From: a virus
Reading direction: 5' to 3' (one strand)
IMG/VR virus record: IMGVR_UViG_3300042503_000209
Location: 1 to 64,000 of that record
DNA: 64,000 nucleotides
The position numbers were made by a program, and so were the translations under genes. How positions within the stretch are numbered: the first letter of the stretch is position 1; each line of letters starts with the position of its first letter. A model generated the notes under the pieces. It was not told the origin of the DNA, did no database searches, and saw nothing but the letters and a program-made list of their open reading frames with translations. This document shows positions 58,001 to 64,000 of this stretch, one piece after another.

Positions 58001-61000
58001 ATTTGTTGTTTCTTAGGGTATATAAAAATACCTTCATTCTTTACAATACTTGGATTAACACCAGAAATCATCTGACGAGCTTCATCAACTGAAGCATTTT
58101 CAGAAAAAGTATTTTTAAAACTGTTTTTAGTTAATCTTACATTACCAATCTTATATGGAAATTTAGCATCATGATCTACAATAGCACGATTAATTCTTTC
58201 TATAAAGTCAGTGCTGTCCTTTATGTTTAAAGGTTTTTTACCATCAGATTCAGACTCTTGTAATACTATAATAGATCTCTGAGGATTCTTACTACCTTTT
58301 GTAAATGTTGCAAACTCTACTCTAACATTACCTGTTGGACTAAGAGCAATGTTCACTCTATAACCTCTTCTACCAGGTACAGCTACATAGATAGTTTGAT
58401 TAATCTCATTATTAATATCATCCGCTGCTGAAGTATCAACCGCAGCAAAATAAGTTTTATCTGTTTTTGGATCAGTCTTTTCTTCTAGATTGTTTTCTTT
58501 AATTTCTTTAGACTTAGCATTGATTCTTTGTACTAAATCATTAAAGCTTTCTGTAGAATAAACACTTGGTTGTAATTCTATAAACTTAATACTACCGTTA
58601 GGTAATTCTACTACAGCTACATAACGACCATAGTTTCTAAGCTTATCTTCACCGCCTTCAAATCTAGCAGCTTCAATTCTTTTTTCTAGTTCTTCAGTAT
58701 TAAGAGACTCTGTAATAGGAGCATTGGGAACATCTTCATACATTCCGTTTCCTAAATACTTAGTTCTACGATCATAGATATAAGTAGAACCACCTATTGT
58801 ACTGTAATCTAAATCATCTAAAGTAACTCTTGTATCACCTTCTTCTGCAAAATCATATTCACCAGCCGATGGTACAACATTAAATAAGCCATTAACCTCC
58901 TCATTGTTTAAAGTAACTTCGGTAGCACCTCCTAACAACTGGTTAGTCATTGCACTATATAACTTCATACCAGAAGCATAGCTTTCTTTAAACTTTCTAA
59001 ACTCCTCATTAACATCTTTCTTTTGAGGATCAAAAATTTGTATAAACTGGTCTTTAGTAATATTACTTAAAGCAATAGGTTTACCAGCATTATCTAAATA
59101 TGTGTATCTATTATAGTATGTAACAAAACCAATAGTCTCACCACCATATACAATTTCAATCTTGTATGGTTCTGGGTTCTGCTGTAGATGTCTATTTTGA
59201 TCTGTACCTTCACTACCAACTAAAGTTGTATTACCAAGAGTTTGATTCTTAGTAATCTTAATAGTAACACCAGACTGAAAAGCATCTTTAGACGTAGTAT
59301 AAATAAGTTGTCTTAATCTAGCATTAGCTTGCTCTTGAGTTTCATCCTCATTTCTTTTAGCATAAATTCTATTAAGCTCATTAGTTCTTTTTAGTCTAAA
59401 TGCGTCAGGATTTTCTGGTTGTAACGCAGCTTCAAAAGCACTTTCTAGTTTATAACCAGCAAGACTTTCAATAGTAAGAGTAGCTGCAGAACCCTGCATA
59501 GGCTGAATAGTAATCTTAGGTTTACCTTGTATTAGTTTAGGCTTAGTCTTTGTAATTACTCTATACTTTCTTCCTTTAGCATCTACAAGAATATCACCAA
59601 ACTTTAATGTTTGACCATCAAATTGATACTCAGCATACTCGTCTTTATTAAGCTCTGCCAATGCTTCAAAATAAGTTGTAACTTCTTCTAAAGATTCATA
59701 TGCTTTAGCAGCTTCCCATAATGGGAACTTCTTAGCATCTAACGTTAGCTCTGTTACAGGAGCCCCTCTTCTATTTAAAATATAATAGAACTTAGAACCT
59801 TCGTATTCTTCTTCTATAAGATAAATACCGTTTTTCTTATTTATTACTTTAGCACCTTCAGGAAGACCATCTGGTACATCTTCAGTCTGTTCAGTTGGAG
59901 CTAATGGATCTTTTCTTTCTACCGGAGGCTTACCTTCAAACTCATTTTTAATTTCCTCTAAATGCTCTTCTAAAAGTTTTTTACCAGTAGTGTCAATAGA
60001 TTCCATCAATCTTTGGTGCACCCTTACAAACTGAATAGGGTTAGCCATAATGTTATAAGCATCTACATACTCTTTAACATCATTATTAAGATCAATATAT
60101 TCAGTAAGATTCTTATAGATTTCTTGAATGTCATCCGCTTTTATAGTAGTATCAATACCTGCCTCTTTGTTCTTAGCATTAACATACTTCTCAAAACTTT
60201 TAGCTGCCTTGTTAAACTTACGTTTCTGACCAGGCTCCATACTCTTAAGATCCTGATGGTGTTGTAACCACTCTTCTAAAGATTTTAATTGTTCTTTCTT
60301 AGATTTAAGAAGCTCTCTAGTTGCAGTATCCTTTTTAGGATTAGCAGCTAGTGCTTCAATCTCAGCTTTAAGAATATCAATTTCTTTCTGTGTGTTTTGA
60401 ATAACACCTAGATTACGGAACGCTGTACCCACAGAAGCACCAATTTGTGGTGTAGCTGCCATTTCAGTTTGTAACTGAACAGCACGCTGAGCTGCTTTAT
60501 GAGCTTTGTAATCATTAGTAGCCATTATTTCAATAGCATCATCTAACGCACGCTTAGCCATTAAAGCAGTCTTACGCTCTGGTGTACCCTCTTTGTACAT
60601 ATCAATTAGTACAGAGTCACCATATTTATCTTTAAGAGCTTTCCAATTCTTATGGAATGTCTCTACATCATTTGCAATATTATTAAAAAAGTCTTTGGTT
60701 GATTTAATGTTGTCTGCAGTTTTGTCTAAGCCAAAAGCTTGTTTAAACTCTTCGTCATTAAATGTCTCACCATACCCACGTAATGTGTCAAGAACTGCTC
60801 CTGCCATATCTGTTTTGATAGCAGAAGAAATCATTTTAGCAAAACCTGAGTTCTTATTGTTGTTAAAAACATATTGGTCTCTGTTAGCAACAGCTTCCTC
60901 CATGTTCTTAGCAATCTTATTTTGTACTTTAATATTAGCTATATGCTCTGGTAAAAACTTATTAGGGTTTTCATAGAAAGCATTAACCTCTCTTACAGCT

Positions 61001-62682
61001 TCATTAATATTTTTATAACGTGTAGCTCTTTGCTCTGATGTGGTAGATGCAAACTCTTTAGTTTTACCAACTGTATAGTTGATAGGAGATAACAATCTTC
61101 CAGTCAAAGCTCCCATTAAAAAGGTCTTTAAACCTTGAATGTTAGCTTGCTCATCAATAGCTTTGTCTATTGATTTATCCATAGTTGTACCCTTATACCC
61201 GTGGTACAAATCATAATAGTAATCTTGTAAAGCTATATTAGAACCTTCTTGGAACAATTCCTGAAGACCTTCGCTTGCTTCCCATTTAAATACATTCTTA
61301 CCTAAAGACTTTGTTGCTTGCCATGCAGCTGTACGACCACCAAAATCTCTAGCTACCTGACCAATTAAACCTAATGTTCCTAACTTACCTTTTGTATATA
61401 GTTTAGTAGTTTCTTCTGCAGCTTCTTTACCTACACGTTTACCAGTTACTTTTAATACATCATCTGCAAATTCACCGGTAGTACCAAATAATCCACGGCT
61501 AGTTCCAAACTTAGAAAATAAGTTATCAAATTGTAAGCGGTTACTTAACATCAAGATACCTGTATTAACCATAAAGTTATCTTGAGCTGCAGCTTGTGCA
61601 GAAGCTTTCATTCTTTCTTCTTGAGCAAAACTAGGAGCTTGTCCTGTTTTCTGAAGTTCTTCATCATATAACTTATTATATAATTCTCCATATGTACCAG
61701 CAGCTTCCATACGAGCTTCTGTAGTAGCCATATTAACTTCAGATAAAGCACGTCTTAAACCACCTACACCAATAGCTGCCATTTGTCCAATACCTGCCCC
61801 AGCTTTACCGTACTTACTTAATGTGTAAGCAGTATCACCTAAAGGTACAAGTTGTCTAGCACCTTGTACTAAACCTTCGGCAACTGAACGAGATTTCCAT
61901 ACTGGACTACCAAGTCTAGTTAAATCTGCAGCAATGTCTGCTTTACTAATAACTTTACCAAAAATAGAAGGTGCTTTTAAACCTAACTTAGCTATTGAAA
62001 ACTCAGTGGATAAACCAAATGTAATAAGCTCTTCTGTTAAGAATTGACCAATAGCTCCTACAGCAAAACCAGATTGCTGTAACATATCACCAAAAAACTT
62101 ACGGTTGAATATACCTTCTTCAGATTCAGGTGTTGAATAGATAGCATATCTATTCATAATGTCTTTAGTAATCTTATCTTGTTCTAAAAGTTGTTCTGGA
62201 GTACCTAATAAATCTTGTTTAGCCTCATCCCAACTACTACTTGCTATAGCATCTGTTAAGTTAGCCCAACCTTTCCATCCTTCAATATAAGTATTACCTG
62301 CTAATCTAAACATACCGTTTAGACCATTAGACCAAATATCTCCCCAAGTTTGACGAGCTCCATACTTATATTCATTATTAGTTTGACCAGATGGATCAAA
62401 ACCTAATATATTAAAGTTATCCGAACTCTTATATCTATCTACTTGAGCTGCATTATAATCAAAAAACTTTGGAGCAGCTAATCTATTCATAGTAGCTCGT
62501 GAACTACTAAAAGCATCAAGACCACTTTGTACAATATCTACACCAGAAGATATAGGTGCTGAAATACTAGGACGAGCTAGTAAATCTAACATACTAGTAT
62601 TGGTTTCTGGTAAAGGAAGAAATGGATCTTGAGAATAAACTCCTTGTAATTCTTGAGGTATTACACCAGTTTCTAGTGCCAT
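49045..62682 (-). CDS. giant virion-associated RNA polymerase (phi14:2 gp66-like) fused to ejection and polyvalent domains
   Basis: 4545 aa; VRIPSQDKHS and ISGADFDIDK catalytic motif (52726-52740); HEAFH zincin motif; Gly/Ala-rich N-terminus. Confidence 0.9.
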   Translation of the reverse strand: MALETGVIPQELQGVYSQDPFLPLPETNTSMLDLLARPSISAPISSGVDIVQSGLDAFSSSRATMNRLAAPKFFDYNAAQVDRYKSSDNFNILGFDPSGQTNNEYKYGARQTWGDIWSNGLNGMFRLAGNTYIEGWKGWANLTDAIASSSWDEAKQDLLGTPEQLLEQDKITKDIMNRYAIYSTPESEEGIFNRKFFGDMLQQSGFAVGAIGQFLTEELITFGLSTEFSIAKLGLKAPSIFGKVISKADIAADLTRLGSPVWKSRSVAEGLVQGARQLVPLGDTAYTLSKYGKAGAGIGQMAAIGVGGLRRALSEVNMATTEARMEAAGTYGELYNKLYDEELQKTGQAPSFAQEERMKASAQAAAQDNFMVNTGILMLSNRLQFDNLFSKFGTSRGLFGTTGEFADDVLKVTGKRVGKEAAEETTKLYTKGKLGTLGLIGQVARDFGGRTAAWQATKSLGKNVFKWEASEGLQELFQEGSNIALQDYYYDLYHGYKGTTMDKSIDKAIDEQANIQGLKTFLMGALTGRLLSPINYTVGKTKEFASTTSEQRATRYKNINEAVREVNAFYENPNKFLPEHIANIKVQNKIAKNMEEAVANRDQYVFNNNKNSGFAKMISSAIKTDMAGAVLDTLRGYGETFNDEEFKQAFGLDKTADNIKSTKDFFNNIANDVETFHKNWKALKDKYGDSVLIDMYKEGTPERKTALMAKRALDDAIEIMATNDYKAHKAAQRAVQLQTEMAATPQIGASVGTAFRNLGVIQNTQKEIDILKAEIEALAANPKKDTATRELLKSKKEQLKSLEEWLQHHQDLKSMEPGQKRKFNKAAKSFEKYVNAKNKEAGIDTTIKADDIQEIYKNLTEYIDLNNDVKEYVDAYNIMANPIQFVRVHQRLMESIDTTGKKLLEEHLEEIKNEFEGKPPVERKDPLAPTEQTEDVPDGLPEGAKVINKKNGIYLIEEEYEGSKFYYILNRRGAPVTELTLDAKKFPLWEAAKAYESLEEVTTYFEALAELNKDEYAEYQFDGQTLKFGDILVDAKGRKYRVITKTKPKLIQGKPKITIQPMQGSAATLTIESLAGYKLESAFEAALQPENPDAFRLKRTNELNRIYAKRNEDETQEQANARLRQLIYTTSKDAFQSGVTIKITKNQTLGNTTLVGSEGTDQNRHLQQNPEPYKIEIVYGGETIGFVTYYNRYTYLDNAGKPIALSNITKDQFIQIFDPQKKDVNEEFRKFKESYASGMKLYSAMTNQLLGGATEVTLNNEEVNGLFNVVPSAGEYDFAEEGDTRVTLDDLDYSTIGGSTYIYDRRTKYLGNGMYEDVPNAPITESLNTEELEKRIEAARFEGGEDKLRNYGRYVAVVELPNGSIKFIELQPSVYSTESFNDLVQRINAKSKEIKENNLEEKTDPKTDKTYFAAVDTSAADDINNEINQTIYVAVPGRRGYRVNIALSPTGNVRVEFATFTKGSKNPQRSIIVLQESESDGKKPLNIKDSTDFIERINRAIVDHDAKFPYKIGNVRLTKNSFKNTFSENASVDEARQMISGVNPSIVKNEGIFIYPKKQQISPSSNVVISEMRPVPQQEEPTDEELAGINLPSDIDTAQAEMIAKRIAEQEEKKRKEEEERKAKQQTKSIQDQLQDLKDERYAIIREIGDALKKSGKTRREVMRHNYDAEPRVAAINQEIAKINNSAALKVSDRLTGQDVVHINAFKKWAQQNLPEFISVEELNNIARQMKVEGVTVGMFYTHMNELNNKLEGKIAVGKDTPFKYHEAFHAVFRMLLTDQQIDKYLNIAKQELRQQGKSIAKLKQELLATKPEFYSKLTEEQLEERVYEEYLADKFDAWKSDVKTPTSAENKSFFRRLLDFVKNFFKRLKASPLDDLFQSIEKGNYRNASLAKNRFTTGPNIAITQTALKAIQIGTTVIDNEDGERESIPIYLSQQEGDILASTIAAVYHRRMSEAGLTMHSEDVLDTVFEDYANLYDKNNNPYYDSDEFIDRYGDDPVALRKAIEKLDQLFAVFSNKDFFNVLKVAVIEHTRIMGYQEEVESNDFDDKVDEYGDRVTTDNWKETYSIGGYGSLSKELRQYISTIVEETTDEFGNTRFISEDGSPTEEVLIEAVNANVLYNGILKAVAGSTDQFQMLERLRIFAENNPEARKFWTKFSNDVDLQYDEDGNFIDIGNKNQANLFQAVIKGFNQFSVDYYFINKDISKKETRVSEANRKGAARNQFSIWYNAYLRLFVDQYENVSKDSESLSRFIKSKTAALDKLATLLKKGNTYKESVLATEIDNIVLSLKDELGISLSPLFVKYSYLSTVDTKKLTANDLRILRAFEGVEVMTESDAREIASSIRSGKNPFGTNIDPDKLAESEEQVATLTAAEEPKVISEEEFEEQSEDVEDDVDAAIGRLTKIAAGNAVFDEQVSSTSYKNAEGELVFSHQLPTYNLVRAAQLQSEEFRQELKKDKFLTTNYLLNNPFFNYIADGLKIARIDGIKSSSLTKNEDGSLVEDKRLNVNQNEGITYGSMSDREFLISLFDLYANNKKHVIPGQEGQPTKQFMTSSVLLGVLEASNTGDMLNLPVIRAVEYKSGKIVLTKEAKDMLLNEVKREFDRIARVTTEINSGNYLNGIIEGYHNGEERGLKFIKTGNMLGSLLSTLEDAAKNFEDISQYNDQILNEIEKYWLADGGKLDEMITVLKEQNVIGATKEDKLENRLLTNYIFRGFKSDNKTDKDRNKMLNMVVDAPEHNIAQVLINNFINTLSARQLFIGDAAENYKNDGGIDEVKRNKGLNGSGASISSIVTASNLGINHANTKSHVVTINDPQYRGKYAGKNKEQADAQMWMSVKSFRYTLFGLGKLNQAQADLLDKIERGESVSTKDIFGEIYKDKNGISRTRGGSVSYNAQTNSIKLVYNDGKKYVKTSGILLSKQLTSVEEGNTWVARPGYEELHTIREKLEAYESANETITFAIPKSASKGYKTNIAADPNSISDENFVEHDNNFWRLQLENPSNKLLITDPTQAKQLIIAEQSRDLIVNFQGEEMTLGQVIDNYLSDTEQRVKNNYFAARDEMFDIEGAFKELKKSLKQSQITPKLGKFLNKQVETLKATGADSQLIEFFTPIKNEQTGEYVPKYDLNHPITLDKFTQLFLAYFSKGVMSEKTPGHSLALASNYGMKVAKRVTRLDENGQPLSWEVITRRQYEKDKALLAQIKDAKRYNNNLDREFDGLKVGDIYIDDLRHNVPEFDEQGNITGYFTEYMMPPHFREDMNLYNEDGSISEAALKSFAVRIPSQDKHSFVTSKLVDFLPAFYGSTAVFPHELIEISGADFDIDKVYMQIMDFYRKDGERIPYGTAKTKDGKFTEYVMYLQSSNKTFKTKLAQLRAEAVNEETYSDEEGGVYQSFEDLAKDLFSRSLDSMMIESALKELGLPSNADEYAKAVEQYGELNNGVLNNRILEAKIKLQNNDGVTKSTEGKVASAFQVAEVQPLIDIVNSFIERFPILRDVLVETGSDVDSMIGQYKAFKNNKEGARNIGPAVNSMLVYAIMNSYGKLTRVRETNGKGEELYVLTIDGHKFNSYEYNKAFQKRTEIGDGGAVSEVEGYTGERIFYHISAIVSAMTDNAKERLAARLGLNINAVGVVSNMVALGVPLETALMFNLQPSVREFYKRIAVASKKIKTPQEQDLVKAKVGEELLEELSNELVKDSTLPEITTELLENNIKSAGSNPEANVAIFSSFLNFYNQTSYYSAVAQVLKLSKGLGTSNEAIDAIEEKEEMLGLNMDDSTFSESKLPFDLRQVLTGKDASKPHHNITANYLRIKNQIQDLQKSIFMEKTYIFQRFKETILKNLRVNSKEAETFNVTLKRDIISYLGIKAYMQYLKVNGKGAKLAGLDNSMIYDAEAVARGDQFMDIIDTVKSIRQQLPKNYFANKFLNIVPVKLYDVNSGQEYFNAKSRGGINTVESNTWAKLGQHEQNRIEDSFLEIYSNPKTRSLAYNLFNYLIVKDGAQFKSGSFIKFIPPAMFKELLDSTGAAHQLLKEDSLVGNTEKYKEIFGSTAPEMFNEFTSLYTTNINNTFNITRVFAGKKVNAQAEKNKPKGYVPEVIMQSEDETILAIDLFGGVRKPELMLLIDEFGNEFYTEVLEKGKFEQKDLDKLNYNKEVLKANGFKLTNRPDEQGNNRYYIELPYTVKILTGEKGVNEKATYYKLRSVAKKVSTATAFSRTTKILKREDLQKNPGTLYVFGDNDTRKGLGGQAKEMRGEPNAMGISTKKAPNMDDSAFKSDADFEENARIITQDIDAIIAVWNTGKYNKLTVPPIGVGLAKLAEKAPRTWEYLNAELKRLEEVVTQSTPIEGVGSFIKNVGDTIALSNTAVYEKFEPTGSRKQWKVGGLTGEMPTNLVLRNRKASNNNKFNLSEAALAKAEIELDNIIGNFDPLRFSTEARDLQEDWGITFQIVGNKLTFYKKENGKDVKYDTEITEPAELLRVLKETRQEQPVSPKAMKNTFKATDESEGEMPNFTNPVPTDIDPEEAKKNLQKLLAAKRSELQERKKEDDAGCKGE

Positions 62683-62703
62683 GAATCTATCTTTATGTAT
62701 TGA

Positions 62704-63999
62704 TTACTTAATTAAATGACCTAAACCTACTGCTTTTAATGCTGCTTTAGGGTCCCAAACATTAACGTTTGCTTGTGTTGTGTTAAACTTTTGATACTCT
62801 AAATGAACATTTCTATTGTTATTCATATTCTGAAGATACAAACTTTGAAGATATGAAACAATTTCATCTGGAGATTTAGCACTATCACCTTGTAAATTTA
62901 TAGTGTGAAAATACGATTTATCTTCCACTTTTTTAACTAATTGTCCAGTTTGTGGATCTTTTACATTAGTTGCAACTTTATACTTTAAATCTACAGTAAC
63001 GTATTGTGGAACAGCAGAACCATTATCTGACATGACATTTGGTGTAATAGTATAACTAAATCCAGCAGCATCTAATATAGGGTCAGATTTAATCTGCTTA
63101 CCTCTAGTAATAGCATCATAAACCTGGAAACCAGTATTATTTGGAAGCTGATCAAGATAAGTACCAGAAGTATTATCTTTAACTACAAAATTAACTTCAG
63201 TACCTGAACTTATACTACTTAAATCAACTCCAGCAACTTGATCTTTAGATTCAGTTGAAATTGGTTTACTAAATATATATCTAATTGTTTTTTTACCATT
63301 AATGCCTTGAGGTATATACTGACCAGTACCGTATTCTTCAATGTTCTTTTCACTAGATAATAAAGTTTGAATACCTTTTATCATACTAGGATCTAAAGGT
63401 TTACCATCTTTATCATAAACATCCTGAACATTTCCTGGTTGTACAGCTTGATAAATTATCAAAGCTGCATTATCACCATTACCCATTGTCTTATTACCTT
63501 TTGTGTTTAAAGCAAAAAGAGTACCTTGTTGACCAGTTAAGTTCTTATACATTAAAAGATCTGGTACAACAGACTCGTGAGCAGCTTTAAGATTCTTTAC
63601 AAGATCTTGAGAAGACTTATATGTGGTGTTTAAAGATCCAATAGTTTTTCCTAAATCTTCCAAACCTGCTGGAATTGAATTATTACTATAACCAATACCT
63701 GAATTATATCTTCCATACAAATGATATTCTTTACCATCTTTTTTTACAGTATATCCAGCATATGTTGTAGTATTTCCACCTCCACCAAGTGCTGCTGCAC
63801 TAGACGATAAATTTTGAAAAAATGTAGGATCGTAGTCAGTTATATTACCTGTAACATAAGCTTTAGCTAAATCATCACTTGTTAACTTAACTTTATTACC
63901 ATCATCATCTTCAAAGTCATATGAACTTTTAAACTTAGGTGCTAAATTACTAGCTGTAACTAAATCTTTTTCTCCATTACCTACGTCAACTAATAATCC
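62704..63999 (-). CDS. large virion/ejection protein, 5'-truncated
   Basis: Frame stays open from 62704 to the window end (checked by hand beyond the 63720 TTG start of the track). Confidence 0.8.
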   Translation of the reverse strand, partial: GLLVDVGNGEKDLVTASNLAPKFKSSYDFEDDDGNKVKLTSDDLAKAYVTGNITDYDPTFFQNLSSSAAALGGGGNTTTYAGYTVKKDGKEYHLYGRYNSGIGYSNNSIPAGLEDLGKTIGSLNTTYKSSQDLVKNLKAAHESVVPDLLMYKNLTGQQGTLFALNTKGNKTMGNGDNAALIIYQAVQPGNVQDVYDKDGKPLDPSMIKGIQTLLSSEKNIEEYGTGQYIPQGINGKKTIRYIFSKPISTESKDQVAGVDLSSISSGTEVNFVVKDNTSGTYLDQLPNNTGFQVYDAITRGKQIKSDPILDAAGFSYTITPNVMSDNGSAVPQYVTVDLKYKVATNVKDPQTGQLVKKVEDKSYFHTINLQGDSAKSPDEIVSYLQSLYLQNMNNNRNVHLEYQKFNTTQANVNVWDPKAALKAVGLGHLIK

Positions 64000-64000
64000 T

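Noticed and set aside
44538-60976. Short ORFs overlapping the two giant genes
   Set aside because: Shadow ORFs with no motifs, fully inside long coding frames.
1-64000. Stop-codon reassignment as in some crAss-like phages
   Set aside because: Very long genes are intact in code 11, and TAG, TGA and TAA all end well-defined genes.
1-64000. CRISPR array, tRNA or rRNA genes, integrase, transposase, reverse transcriptase/DGR
   Set aside because: No repeat-spacer pattern, cloverleaf or diagnostic motif was seen by eye. A tRNAscan or CRISPR tool run would be needed to be certain.

Overview
AT-rich phage DNA in the standard genetic code, most consistent with a Crassvirales-related (crAss/phi14:2-like) podovirus of a Bacteroidota host. 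Supporting evidence: a 4545-aa virion RNA polymerase with the DFDID catalytic motif, crAss-type PolB, primase, helicase and AAA genes, TTTG-N19-TAnnTTTG promoters, A-rich start regions without Shine-Dalgarno sites, and a class Id-type RNR. Four blocks: (1) 1-16228 (+): small early genes interleaved with three stem-rich non-coding regions, HTH, ParB-like, HNH, SF2 helicase, UNG and a MoxR/vWA pair. (2) 16225-25004 (-): lysis cassette (holin-like genes, spanin-like gene, GH19 endolysin) followed by an 8-gene, tightly packed cell-envelope module with two CsgG-like proteins, a cohesin/dockerin-like secreted protein, a lipoprotein resembling a T9SS C-terminal domain, a Ca/Zn-motif membrane protein and a Ser-linker beta-barrel protein. 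(3) 25120-43824 (+): replication and nucleotide metabolism (DnaA domain IV protein, DnaB, primase, PolB, dNMP kinase, SPL-like radical SAM, NrdB/NrdA, MazG). (4) 43863-64000 (-): three large ejection proteins including the vRNAP. The best novelty candidates are the envelope module and the structured non-coding RNA cluster. All calls come from motif recognition and manual base-pairing; no searches were run.
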